From a virus: 64,000 nt of DNA. Shown piece by piece: positions 38,771 to 48,340 of the stretch. Under the pieces are notes generated by a model. That model saw only the letters and a list, made by a program, of their open reading frames with translations, was not told the origin of the DNA and searched no databases. The stretch's first letter is position 1; every line of letters begins with the position of its first letter. Both the position numbers and the translations under genes were made by a program. The DNA is taken from IMG/VR virus record IMGVR_UViG_3300031758_000006. One strand, written 5' to 3'.

Positions 38771-40018
38771 TTATAAATTTCCTGTTATACGATCACACCA
38801 ACCTTTTGATTTTGAGTATGGCCAAACAACCCAATAAGCCGGTTTTTCTTTAGTGTTAAATTGTCTCCATATTTTACAATATCCGTCTGGATCAGTCATC
38901 ATCATTTTTATCTCATCTGTACTAGCGTCTTGTCTATAGATTGTTTCATCTGTTTTATCGTGAAAAGCAACCACCCAATATTCGTAATCGTTTTCCGGTA
39001 CCTGTAAAAAGGATACATCAATACAGTGTTTAAAAATTGATGAAAAACTCTCAACCCAATCCTCTTCGGTTTCAAAGTCGTATGGATTTGGTGGGTATTT
39101 CTTATCTATGGTGTATTTTTGTACAGCTCTTTTAGAGAATAAAACACCGGAATATTTTTCATAATCCTTAATTGTTCTTTCGGTACCAAAACCATATTTA
39201 CCAAGGTCACCGTTATATACTTCACCATCCACACCTAATACCTCCCTGTTTTTTTTGTGTGAAGATTCATTTTTTAAGTACCAAACTTTATCATCGTCCC
39301 ATTGTTTTGTTCTACCTTTTCTGGTGTATTCGTGCCAAATAACAGTTTTATGGGGATGAAACAAATCATAACCGTGTGTATAAGCTCTAACAGCTATAGA
39401 AATTTCCTCACCATGAAAGTAATATTCCGGGTCGTGTTGTACCTCAACACTAAATTGACCAAGAGTAAAACAAAAATGAGCTGAGTAAAATCTAGATGTT
39501 ATCGGTTCGGTTAAATCTTTCCACCCAGGAATTGTCTCCGGTAAAAAGAAAACACAACCCTCTGGGGTGAACCGATCAAAAACCATCCTCCAAGGGTCAA
39601 CAACCCGACCATCTGGATCGTTTTCTGGATCGAAAGATGATACATATCCGGTTAATAGGGGTTTTTTATATCCCTTATCCTGTAGATCAGATAACATATC
39701 TATTAATGTTTGATCCCAGTCTTGATCAAATCTCATGTGTGAATCAATCTGTAGTGTATATTCCTCACCACCGTACAGTTGTTGTACTTGATTACGAGCC
39801 CAACAAACACCTTTAGATTCCTCGTGTGGAATATTTAGAACTCTAAATCTTTTATCTTCTTCATAAGATGAAAGATCATCAAATTTATCTTCTGGGTGGT
39901 ATTGACGAGCGATACCAAATACTAAATTTTTAGGATGTTTTGATTTACTAATAGCGTCTTCTATTGTCGGGACTAATTGTGGATCCCTATATGAAGCGAT
40001 TTGAATGAATATCTTCAT
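38771..40018 (-). CDS. GT60-like (Gnt1/polypeptide alpha-GlcNAc-transferase) glycosyltransferase
   Basis: IFIQIASYRDPQL, ESKGVCWAR, YTLQIDSHMRF..WD, SAHFCF, FHGEE...RAYTHGYDLFHP. Confidence 0.8.
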   Translation of the reverse strand: MKIFIQIASYRDPQLVPTIEDAISKSKHPKNLVFGIARQYHPEDKFDDLSSYEEDKRFRVLNIPHEESKGVCWARNQVQQLYGGEEYTLQIDSHMRFDQDWDQTLIDMLSDLQDKGYKKPLLTGYVSSFDPENDPDGRVVDPWRMVFDRFTPEGCVFFLPETIPGWKDLTEPITSRFYSAHFCFTLGQFSVEVQHDPEYYFHGEEISIAVRAYTHGYDLFHPHKTVIWHEYTRKGRTKQWDDDKVWYLKNESSHKKNREVLGVDGEVYNGDLGKYGFGTERTIKDYEKYSGVLFSKRAVQKYTIDKKYPPNPYDFETEEDWVESFSSIFKHCIDVSFLQVPENDYEYWVVAFHDKTDETIYRQDASTDEIKMMMTDPDGYCKIWRQFNTKEKPAYWVVWPYSKSKGWCDRITGNL

Positions 40019-40060
40019 GATTTTTTATTTAAAATATATCATGAAACAAAAAAAAATAAA

Positions 40061-40240
40061 CTATACTTTAGTTTTTAACATTAGTATAAAATTATCCCAA
40101 ATATCCTTTTCGTCTTGATTTAAATCGTCGTATTTAACTAAGGTTTGTGATTCAGGTAAAAAATCATTACCATACTGTAGTATTGATCTAACATCAGGAC
40201 TATTTGTTAATTGAACCACTATTTGTTGTAAATCTTTCAT
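40061..40240 (-). CDS. 59-aa hypothetical protein (not in track)
   Basis: MKDLQQIVVQLTNSPDVRSILQYGNDFLPESQTLVKYDDLNQDEKDIWDNFILMLKTKV*, starting 13 nt after the stop of the spike gene. Confidence 0.6.
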   Translation of the reverse strand: MKDLQQIVVQLTNSPDVRSILQYGNDFLPESQTLVKYDDLNQDEKDIWDNFILMLKTKV

Positions 40241-40252
40241 TGTGTAATATTA

Positions 40253-41719
40253 TTAAACTTTTATATTTCCATAACTATCTATAAGGCCCAAACTTCCCTG
40301 TGATATGTTGGTATTCACTGGTGGGGTCGCTGATGTTTTAAATGACAAATTAACAAAAGCTACCGTTATTGGTAGACTTGACGTTAAACACTCAGCCGAG
40401 TTCCAAACGTCTAATGAACCACCCATTATTTTTATATTATTATTCCCACTTACAGTACAAGCGTATCCGGATCCACCAGACAATAATGAGGTTGATTGTA
40501 AATTTTTAACCACCAATGACGCGGTACCTAAAGCACTTAACCCACAACTATAGTTGGTGGCTGAACTAGATGTTAAATTTTCTAATTTGGAATTCACACC
40601 ATTAGTTGGTACTGAAACATTAACACCAAGAAATGTGTATGAATACCCCAACATATTCGTACCCAAATACACGTTCTCCAAATCCATACCGATACCACCA
40701 CTTGAATAACCCTTACAGTCTTGAGCTATTGAGTTGAGGATGGCCATTCCATCACTTGCTGTACTATAACCAACACAAGACTGTATTCTATTTACGTTAG
40801 CGGCATATATTCCAGCGTTTCCGAGGGAGTACCCGACTGAATTTGTTATTGACCCAGCAAATGACGGCATCAACATACCAATACCAAAACCTAAACCGTT
40901 TGATCTACCAATACAATCGTAAACCTCGGAAGTAATCGAGTTACAATATATCGCAGTTTCAAGTGTAGCTATAACATTTAATGAATATAGTTTGCCACTA
41001 TTAACAACCCCCCTAGTGTAGGATTCAACTAAAGACCCTCTAACCGTACCGTTATTATTTATTCCGGTTGTCGCTGGTGATATGAAATAAACACCCACAG
41101 TTTCAATTACGGTATTAGTATTTTGAACATATAGACAAAGTGATGTTGTATCATTAACGTATGACACATTACTTCTAACAATATTACCATTATATATTTT
41201 ACAATTAACCGTAAGATTATTATCAGTTAAACAATGGTCTGTGGAGTTTCTGTCTAGAGTGTATGTGTACCCATTCATATTTAAATCAACACCATCCTTT
41301 AAAATTACGGTAACAGGTGAAGATTCAGTAACGTTAGCAAACATTTGTATCACATCACCGGATGAAGCAGCGTTTATAGCTGATTGTAACGTTGAATAGT
41401 ATGTGTATTCACCTAAACTATCGGATATACCAAATATTCCATAACTTGTCGAAGTACCACCAGTTGTAAACCCTGTGATTGAATTTGTACCACCGGTACT
41501 ATTAATTAATGTTAACGTTCCTGTGGTGTTGTTATACGTACCACCGGTAACAAAAGAACCTGAATTACCAGAAAATATTGGAATTAAATTCTCTAAAGTT
41601 GTTTTATATGAGGATCCACCACTATATTGTATGGTGTCCCCAGTGTTAACAATATGAATTAAAGTATCCTTATCAACGTAAGGAGCTAAGGTTCTATCTG
41701 TAAGTCTTTGTTGTGGCAT
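40253..41719 (-). CDS. tailspike-like right-handed beta-helix protein
   Basis: YSTLQSAINAASSGDVI (start of a pectin-lyase-like helix) followed by NCxGxSxxxxG-type repeats. One VTGGTY module. Confidence 0.65.
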   Translation of the reverse strand: MPQQRLTDRTLAPYVDKDTLIHIVNTGDTIQYSGGSSYKTTLENLIPIFSGNSGSFVTGGTYNNTTGTLTLINSTGGTNSITGFTTGGTSTSYGIFGISDSLGEYTYYSTLQSAINAASSGDVIQMFANVTESSPVTVILKDGVDLNMNGYTYTLDRNSTDHCLTDNNLTVNCKIYNGNIVRSNVSYVNDTTSLCLYVQNTNTVIETVGVYFISPATTGINNNGTVRGSLVESYTRGVVNSGKLYSLNVIATLETAIYCNSITSEVYDCIGRSNGLGFGIGMLMPSFAGSITNSVGYSLGNAGIYAANVNRIQSCVGYSTASDGMAILNSIAQDCKGYSSGGIGMDLENVYLGTNMLGYSYTFLGVNVSVPTNGVNSKLENLTSSSATNYSCGLSALGTASLVVKNLQSTSLLSGGSGYACTVSGNNNIKIMGGSLDVWNSAECLTSSLPITVAFVNLSFKTSATPPVNTNISQGSLGLIDSYGNIKV

Positions 41720-41731
41720 ACCAATAAATAT

Positions 41732-42028
41732 CTATCCCTCAAAAATATACTCAACCCCATCCTCGAATAAAAAGAAAATACCGTCCTCAAACATTTTATT
41801 TTCCACCGGACAAGTTAACAATTCAAATCTCTCACACCCATTCGAATCTATTATTTTTAATAAAAATGATTCAACAACATCTAATGGCGGTGGTACATAA
41901 AAAATATATGCTGGGGGTATTGTCTCACCACTAGATACCAAATAACAATATGTGTTTGTTATATCACAAACTTGTATTTCGTAAGGTGACGTACCCGTTG
42001 TTCCAGAAATTATTACTTGATGTGCCAT
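41732..42028 (-). CDS. small structural-type hypothetical protein
   Basis: 98 aa, beta-rich, with a C-terminal FEDGIFFLFEDG repeat. Co-oriented in the fibre cluster. Confidence 0.5.
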   Translation of the reverse strand: MAHQVIISGTTGTSPYEIQVCDITNTYCYLVSSGETIPPAYIFYVPPPLDVVESFLLKIIDSNGCERFELLTCPVENKMFEDGIFFLFEDGVEYIFEG

Positions 42029-42029
42029 T

Positions 42030-42773
42030 TTAATTATGATTAAATCTACCTTTTAAAGTATTATAGTTTTGTCTTATTTCGTCTAAACTTAAACATTTAT
42101 TATATATTGAAGCTGTAGCTATTTTTCCGTTAAATCTAGTACTACCAGCACTAGAACCCCTACCAATATCTGGTTCATTTGGTCCAGATGGTCTACCTGA
42201 AACTCTACCTTGATTTGTTAGTTGTCTTACTAAATTACCATTGATATATATCGATAAAGTACTGGCTGTTAAACTAGGCTCCAATTGACATGTAGCCACC
42301 ACATAATTAAATTCATTTGGAAAATTAGATGCAGTGAATTGATTATATGTCACACCAAATTGTGCCGTACCATCTGTTAGTGCAAAATTAATACTATTAC
42401 CAAATGGGTATAACCAAGTTCTATTAATTGACGCTCCGGTACCAGGTAAAAATAACACACTACCTTGAGATAAACTTCTATCATGACTAAACCAACTAGC
42501 GTAAGTTATGTTTGGGGGTATGTTAACCATTGGGGTTCCGAAACCAGTCGACGATAGATAGTTTACTCCATTTAAAAAAAAATAACTAATATCATTCATT
42601 GACTGAATTGTCACCCCACTTTGAATTGTTAATCTTCTAAAGTTTGACCCATTTTCACGTTTTACAAGTGAATAAGCTTCGGTACCTATATTATTGTACG
42701 ATTTAGAATTTTGTGCGTCTATATGAAACACCAAACCATCCGTAACTATATTTGGGAAAAAATGATAACTCAT
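42030..42773 (-). CDS. LamG/ConA-like lectin domain protein
   Basis: IVTDGLVFHIDA..SKSY, YVVAT, LSIYING, FNGKIATASIYNKCLSLDEIRQNYN. Confidence 0.8.
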   Translation of the reverse strand: MSYHFFPNIVTDGLVFHIDAQNSKSYNNIGTEAYSLVKRENGSNFRRLTIQSGVTIQSMNDISYFFLNGVNYLSSTGFGTPMVNIPPNITYASWFSHDRSLSQGSVLFLPGTGASINRTWLYPFGNSINFALTDGTAQFGVTYNQFTASNFPNEFNYVVATCQLEPSLTASTLSIYINGNLVRQLTNQGRVSGRPSGPNEPDIGRGSSAGSTRFNGKIATASIYNKCLSLDEIRQNYNTLKGRFNHN

Positions 42774-42774
42774 C

Positions 42775-44682
42775 TTAAATACTTCTTATTATAACTCTAA
42801 CCTCCCAGGTACCGGAAATAACAGATACTCTAAGAGTAGCGTTAGTACCGTTAGAAATCATGTTAAATGTTATTGGTGTCGTAACACCTATACTAGTGGT
42901 TGTAGTTTCAGTAATGTTAACGGTTGTACCACTAAAGATTGACATTATTTGTCCTGACCTAGCTCCGGTAGTACTTTTAACAGTATACTCAAACCAAGCT
43001 CCGGTATACGCACTCAATGGTAAAGAGTATACGTTTGTAGTACCCACAGGTGGTAAAACCCTAACCGTTGTATTTAATGATGGGGCAAGGTATGAACCCA
43101 TTAGTATTGTGTTATCTGAAAACACCTCAAATATTGGTATTCCGGAAATATCATTTACACTAAACAACGATCCGATTAGACTATCATTTACACTAAATAA
43201 TTCTCCGTTAGATCCTTGAACACTAAAAATTGGTGGTGACGATGTATTCCCGGAACCAATAATTGTTAATACATTCTGAGAACTTCCAGACATTATTGTG
43301 TTCCCACTAACATTAAAATTTCCCTTAATATTAACCTCATCTTGTAAACCATCAACCGTTAGAAAATCATGATTATCGTTATCATCTCTAATAACAAAAT
43401 TACGGTCTTGATAAACATAAAATATTGATTCTGTTATTGTGTGTTTTCTAATCTCCTCACCCGCTGAGTATTCGATAATACCAGGTGTTGTTGGATTTAC
43501 GGTTTGATATATGATTGAGGATCCGCTAGGTGTTAACATTCCCAAAGAAACAGATGAGGTATCAATACCTAAATAACCTTCACTATAGGATGTACCATCA
43601 GTTGACAAATACACCCCGTAACCATCCAAATCGTGAACCCTATAACCAGTAAATGTTAAATCGGTATTTGCAAAGTTTGTATCTGTAGTTACCGGTAAAT
43701 TCAAATATGTTGTCGCGGATAAAGTCCCATTTACCGTTAAACCGGTCATCGTGTTTATTGACGCTGAAAAAGTATTCCCAGAATTATCATAGATGTTAAA
43801 AGTATTTGAGTCATCATATGTATACCCGGTTACATAGTGATCAGTATACCCAACTAAAAAACCAGAAACATTAAATGTCCCACCTGAATTATTTGTAAAT
43901 GTCGCGACACCACTACCAGAATTATATGTACCACCAGTTATAGTCATATCACTAGATAATATTGATAAACTAACTGTATCACTCCACAAATCGTTTCTTG
44001 TTACCGTTAAATTATAATTTGAATTGTTAAATGATAAATCCGTTATATATTTATCTGGTGTATTGGTTAAATTAGATCCGTCCCCGTAAAATGTTCCACC
44101 ACTTATTGTTGTCGCTGATAATACGTTTATAGATGATGAAAATGTATTTCCAGAGTTATCATCAATACTAAATGTATTTATATTATCATATGTAAATCCT
44201 GTAATATATGTATTAGTTGTGTCTAATCCACTAATTTGATACCCACCACCAGTATTATAATAAAAATTTAAAATACCAGATGAATAAGTTCCACCCGTAG
44301 TATATGTATCACCAGTAATACTCACACCGTTAACATTTAATGTTGTAGCTGTAACTCCCTGTGTGAATATTGTATCCCCACTTATTGTACCCCCAGTAAA
44401 GGTACCACCACCACCCCCACTTTGGAATATTGACCAATCACTTAATGATCCATTCCATGGTGGCGAATTTAATTTGTAATATATTGAACCGTCATTCACA
44501 CCAACAACCATCCCAGGTCGTCTCCTTTGATTTGTTATTGAGTTTAATTCGGTTATAGTATTAACATTTCGTAAACCGTCAATACCATACAATGGGTCAA
44601 TTACTGGGTATGTATCATTTGTATCCGTGGGGGAAATAAATCCCAGAACCTCAACCCCACCTGAAAAACTAAAACTTGGCAT
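42775..44682 (-). CDS. tail-fibre-like protein with repeated (V/I)TG(G/F/Y)TY shaft modules
   Basis: N-terminal LRNVNTITELNSIT..RRRPGMVVGV module, multiple shaft repeats, C-terminal AYTGAWFEY...RSGQIM domain. Confidence 0.6.
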   Translation of the reverse strand: MPSFSFSGGVEVLGFISPTDTNDTYPVIDPLYGIDGLRNVNTITELNSITNQRRRPGMVVGVNDGSIYYKLNSPPWNGSLSDWSIFQSGGGGGTFTGGTISGDTIFTQGVTATTLNVNGVSITGDTYTTGGTYSSGILNFYYNTGGGYQISGLDTTNTYITGFTYDNINTFSIDDNSGNTFSSSINVLSATTISGGTFYGDGSNLTNTPDKYITDLSFNNSNYNLTVTRNDLWSDTVSLSILSSDMTITGGTYNSGSGVATFTNNSGGTFNVSGFLVGYTDHYVTGYTYDDSNTFNIYDNSGNTFSASINTMTGLTVNGTLSATTYLNLPVTTDTNFANTDLTFTGYRVHDLDGYGVYLSTDGTSYSEGYLGIDTSSVSLGMLTPSGSSIIYQTVNPTTPGIIEYSAGEEIRKHTITESIFYVYQDRNFVIRDDNDNHDFLTVDGLQDEVNIKGNFNVSGNTIMSGSSQNVLTIIGSGNTSSPPIFSVQGSNGELFSVNDSLIGSLFSVNDISGIPIFEVFSDNTILMGSYLAPSLNTTVRVLPPVGTTNVYSLPLSAYTGAWFEYTVKSTTGARSGQIMSIFSGTTVNITETTTTSIGVTTPITFNMISNGTNATLRVSVISGTWEVRVIIRSI

Positions 44683-44690
44683 AATATTTT

Positions 44691-45647
44691 TTAACTACAT
44701 AACCAACAATCAACAGTACCCAAGAAGTCATTAAAGGTTCTGTAGACATTGTAATTTATCTGGAATCCATTTCCATCTACTATAATTATTGTACCTATAT
44801 TGTTTGTTGGTATGTTAAATCCATTACAACCAATCGTACTATTTCTAAATCCTGTTGGTTGTGGTAATGATATCGGTATTAAAATGTATCCCCAGTATGG
44901 TGTAACACTACTCGTAAATGTAACATAATCATCTGTTGGGTCATTTGTATACTCGAAAGTAAGAAGTGAAGAGTCCCCACTAGTTATTGACGAACCACTA
45001 AATTTACCAAAATAAATTCCTGGTAAGTCTGGTTCCGGTGAACTACTAGGTGTTGGTGTTGGTGTATTCGTTGGTGTGGTAGTATTGGTAGGGGTAGGTG
45101 TCATAGTATTTGTTGGAGTAACTGTGTTTGTTGGAGTAACTGTTGGTGTAGGTGTAGGTGTTGATTTACATATTTGATATGTTGGTGTGGGTGTTGGTGT
45201 TTTTGTTGGGGTTGGTGTATTACTTGGATGTGGACATCCACAAGGACTTGTACAAGTTTCAGTTGGTGTTGGTGTTACAGTTGGGGTAACGGTATTCGTT
45301 GGTGTGTTCGTTGGTGTTGGGGTTGGTACCTTACAAGGATCAAATGTTGGTGTTGGTGTTACAGTTGGTGTTGGTGTAGGTGTTTGTGTCCTTGTCGGAG
45401 TCACAGTTGGTGTTGGTGTGGGGGTAGGTCTTGGAACATTTAATATATTCGGACAATCCCCATTCTCAACTAGTATCGTATAGACACCGTACACTTCCCT
45501 TGGTGGTACTAATAAGTCCGGGAAAAAAATAAACGGTAACGTAACTTGACCTAGATTAATGACAACATTATCATTATCCGGTTTAAAAATAACGGTAGCT
45601 AATTCACCGTCAAAATTTATACTATCTATGGTTATACTTTGACTCAT
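44691..45647 (-). CDS. structural-type protein with Cys-punctuated mucin-like PT tract
   Basis: About 130 aa of [12 protein letters not shown] repeats between two beta domains. Confidence 0.6.
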   Translation of the reverse strand: MSQSITIDSINFDGELATVIFKPDNDNVVINLGQVTLPFIFFPDLLVPPREVYGVYTILVENGDCPNILNVPRPTPTPTPTVTPTRTQTPTPTPTVTPTPTFDPCKVPTPTPTNTPTNTVTPTVTPTPTETCTSPCGCPHPSNTPTPTKTPTPTPTYQICKSTPTPTPTVTPTNTVTPTNTMTPTPTNTTTPTNTPTPTPSSSPEPDLPGIYFGKFSGSSITSGDSSLLTFEYTNDPTDDYVTFTSSVTPYWGYILIPISLPQPTGFRNSTIGCNGFNIPTNNIGTIIIVDGNGFQINYNVYRTFNDFLGTVDCWLCS

Positions 45648-45696
45648 GGTATATAACCATAAATACCCCCAGGTTTAGTAATTTTCTTTTCTAATT

Positions 45697-46581
45697 CTAA
45701 TTTTGTAAGGACTCGACAATCTCATCCAAATTAAAAATATTATTATCGAACATAGGACATTCATGTGTTGTACCATTGAAGTCGTAGTCAAATAAATAAC
45801 TATCTGGTAATTTAACAGTATTTGGTAATGTAGCCACTATATTTTTGTGTAACCCATACCCAAACACAACCGGAGATGTCCCAACCCAAAGAACTGTTGA
45901 CTGGAGACCTAAAGCTGCCGAAGCGTGTTGTAGTGATGAATCAATTAATAATCTTTTTTCTGAAGCTAATAACATTGAAAATAATTCCATATTTGATAAT
46001 GGTTCATGTACAACCTCAACATTGGGTAAAGAGTTGTGTTCATGTCGACAAACTTGGATTATATGATATTTCTCGGAAAATACCTCAACAATTTTTTGAG
46101 CTACTTCATATGGAATATCCCTAGTCCATGAATATGTGTGTGGTTGTTCTTGTAACGGACCACCATTTGTTTGAATAACCATTACCGGTTTTTCTCTTAA
46201 CCATTTACCATGTGCTATTTGTAATTGTCTAATATTGAATTTTAAAACAGGTTGTTCGTTATTATATTTTAAATTATGTAGTTTACACCAATTTAACAAT
46301 AAATGTAATCTTTTGTGTATGTGATCATCGGTAAAATATGGTTCATGTTTAAATACCATAGTATCTTTATTATTAATAAAATCGTCGTAGAAATATGGTG
46401 TCATACCAAGTCTATATACTCGATCAACAAAATCTAAGTTTAGAAATATTTCTGGGTAAGCACAAACAATTATTAATTCTCTGTCCGGGTGATTATTTTT
46501 TATACATTGGGCTACCGCTGTAGCTAGAACGTGCTTACCCAAACCACCCTCAATGTGAAATAAACTATATTTTTTTTCCAT
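45697..46581 (-). CDS. GT9 (heptosyltransferase)-like GT-B glycosyltransferase
   Basis: GGLGKHVLATAVAQCIKNNHPDRELIIV and LLIDSSLQHASAALGLQSTVLW mirror GT9 motifs. Confidence 0.65.
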   Translation of the reverse strand: MEKKYSLFHIEGGLGKHVLATAVAQCIKNNHPDRELIIVCAYPEIFLNLDFVDRVYRLGMTPYFYDDFINNKDTMVFKHEPYFTDDHIHKRLHLLLNWCKLHNLKYNNEQPVLKFNIRQLQIAHGKWLREKPVMVIQTNGGPLQEQPHTYSWTRDIPYEVAQKIVEVFSEKYHIIQVCRHEHNSLPNVEVVHEPLSNMELFSMLLASEKRLLIDSSLQHASAALGLQSTVLWVGTSPVVFGYGLHKNIVATLPNTVKLPDSYLFDYDFNGTTHECPMFDNNIFNLDEIVESLQN

Positions 46582-46586
46582 ACTAA

Positions 46587-46615
46587 ATTATATAACTGTT
46601 TTATTTATTTGTAAA
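46587..46615 (-). promoter_or_regulatory. sigma70-type promoter, probably leaderless
   Basis: TTTACA (46615-46610), 17-nt spacer, TATAAT (46592-46587), then 5 nt to the ATG at 46581. Confidence 0.45.
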
Positions 46616-47512
46616 CGACAAAGCTAATTCTATTTTTTCCCAGACCATATCTGGGGTTATTTTTAAATGACATTCATTTTCCCTACCGGTCCCCAAAAAT
46701 ACCGGACAATGTGTTTTAATGTTCATAAACATATTAAAACATCCATTACACACATTTGGGTTTAACACACGAAAACAATCAAATTCATTTTGTTTTTTTG
46801 TAAAGTTAGATATCATAACCACCGGTATGTCATACGCCCAAGCTAACCAAGATAAACCAGAGGACAACCCAATAAAAATCCTAGATTCGAGTATGTGGTT
46901 TAAGGACACCGTAATATCATCGAAACCGTTACAATTTGTCACACCTTCAAGATTTAGTGTATTCTCATATGATACATTTGTCACTTCATACCCAGATGAG
47001 GTCAATCTGTTAACAATTTCCTGCCACCCATTATCATAATCCCACCTAGCTATTTTCTTTAATGATTCCGGTGCGATTGAAATTTTATTATTTTTTTTGT
47101 TAATTTTATATGGGATAACCGGACATTTTCCGGGTTTAGTATCTTGTGGTAACATCATGGTATCTTTGGTAGCGTACATCATACCATTTAGGGTATGTTT
47201 TAAATTACCTTTATCATAACCAATGTCCAACAATCTATCAACCTCAATATAAACCGGATTATTAGCTTTTATAAATTCACACCTATCAACATCTTTAGAT
47301 TGGAATAAATGTGGAAAAAAGGTTGATATGTAAATCTTTTTGGGTTTGTGGTATTCAATAAACGGATCAATGAAAGATGAAAAACATATTGTATCACCCA
47401 AACAAAATGAGTCAAAATGAAGTAGTAACGTACGACCATTAAAATTTGTAATATTTGGATCTAACTGTATGTACTTTAATAATTCCTCTTCTTCGTAATG
47501 TCGTTTAACCAT
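46601..47512 (-). CDS. autotransporter O-heptosyltransferase (AAH/TibC, BAHT)-like protein glycosyltransferase
   Basis: SFCLGDTI (catalytic-Asp motif), LKKIARW...GWQEIV, FIGLSSGLSWLAWA...VVMISNFT, and a four-Cys motif CNGC...HC...EC. Confidence 0.75.
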   Translation of the reverse strand: MVKRHYEEEELLKYIQLDPNITNFNGRTLLLHFDSFCLGDTICFSSFIDPFIEYHKPKKIYISTFFPHLFQSKDVDRCEFIKANNPVYIEVDRLLDIGYDKGNLKHTLNGMMYATKDTMMLPQDTKPGKCPVIPYKINKKNNKISIAPESLKKIARWDYDNGWQEIVNRLTSSGYEVTNVSYENTLNLEGVTNCNGFDDITVSLNHILESRIFIGLSSGLSWLAWAYDIPVVMISNFTKKQNEFDCFRVLNPNVCNGCFNMFMNIKTHCPVFLGTGRENECHLKITPDMVWEKIELALSFTNK

Positions 47513-48248
47513 TTTTAAGTTTTAAAATTTTAGAATAATAATCAAACCAATATCTTTCTTGCCACAATGTACCTTCCTCAAGTGAGACTAACGGTTTATT
47601 TTGCCAAGGTTTTTTAGCTATAAAATGTAATATTTTAATATATTTTGGTAGACCTGTATTTATGAAAATTTGTTTAGAGTACGTCTTTAAGTAATTATAC
47701 TCGATTGGAATAGTACTAATTACGTCACTAAAGTACAAATTAATAATATCCTGATCAAAGTGTTCAGTAATACCATATATTAATGTTAGATTAATTAAAT
47801 CATTTGTTATTTTTTCTGACAAATATTTTTTGTCGATAACCATAACACCCGTATTATATTGGTCAATATATAATTCCCGGACACACCCGAACGAATGTGA
47901 ATAATCAATCAGGTAATCGATATTACCAAGAACAACAATATCTGAATCTAAAAATATTATTTTATCAACATCACTAATTGAAAATATCTCATACTTTGTG
48001 TAATCACCAAACCCAGTCTGGTCTGATTTTAATTCGTCAATATTACCGTACTTTGACTGGTCATAATTTTTTAATGAAATATTATTATGTATTTTCCTAG
48101 AGGTTATCAGATCATCCGAAGTTAAATCATTACTGATCACCATAAATGGTATATTTTCATCAACAACCCTGGGATTGTTTTCCACTAATGATTTTAACAT
48201 TACCTCAAAACCAATTAGATAGTCCTTATTACATACTGATACAAACAT
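47505..48248 (-). CDS. GT8-family glycosyltransferase
   Basis: TKYEIF, IIFLDSDIVV, YNTGVMVI, DQDIIN, IEYN, HFIAKKPW. Confidence 0.85.
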   Translation of the reverse strand: MFVSVCNKDYLIGFEVMLKSLVENNPRVVDENIPFMVISNDLTSDDLITSRKIHNNISLKNYDQSKYGNIDELKSDQTGFGDYTKYEIFSISDVDKIIFLDSDIVVLGNIDYLIDYSHSFGCVRELYIDQYNTGVMVIDKKYLSEKITNDLINLTLIYGITEHFDQDIINLYFSDVISTIPIEYNYLKTYSKQIFINTGLPKYIKILHFIAKKPWQNKPLVSLEEGTLWQERYWFDYYSKILKLKNG

Positions 48249-48291
48249 AAATTAATAATAAACATTATTGGGAAAATGTCATTATTAAAAT

Positions 48292-48320
48292 AAAAAACCC
48301 CCATTTAAAGTGGGGGTCTT
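48292..48320 (-). terminator. rho-independent terminator separating fibre gene from GT cassette
   Basis: ACCCCCAT/GTGGGGGT hairpin plus T6 on the minus strand. Confidence 0.75.
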
Positions 48321-48340
48321 CATAATTATTTTTTTTTATT

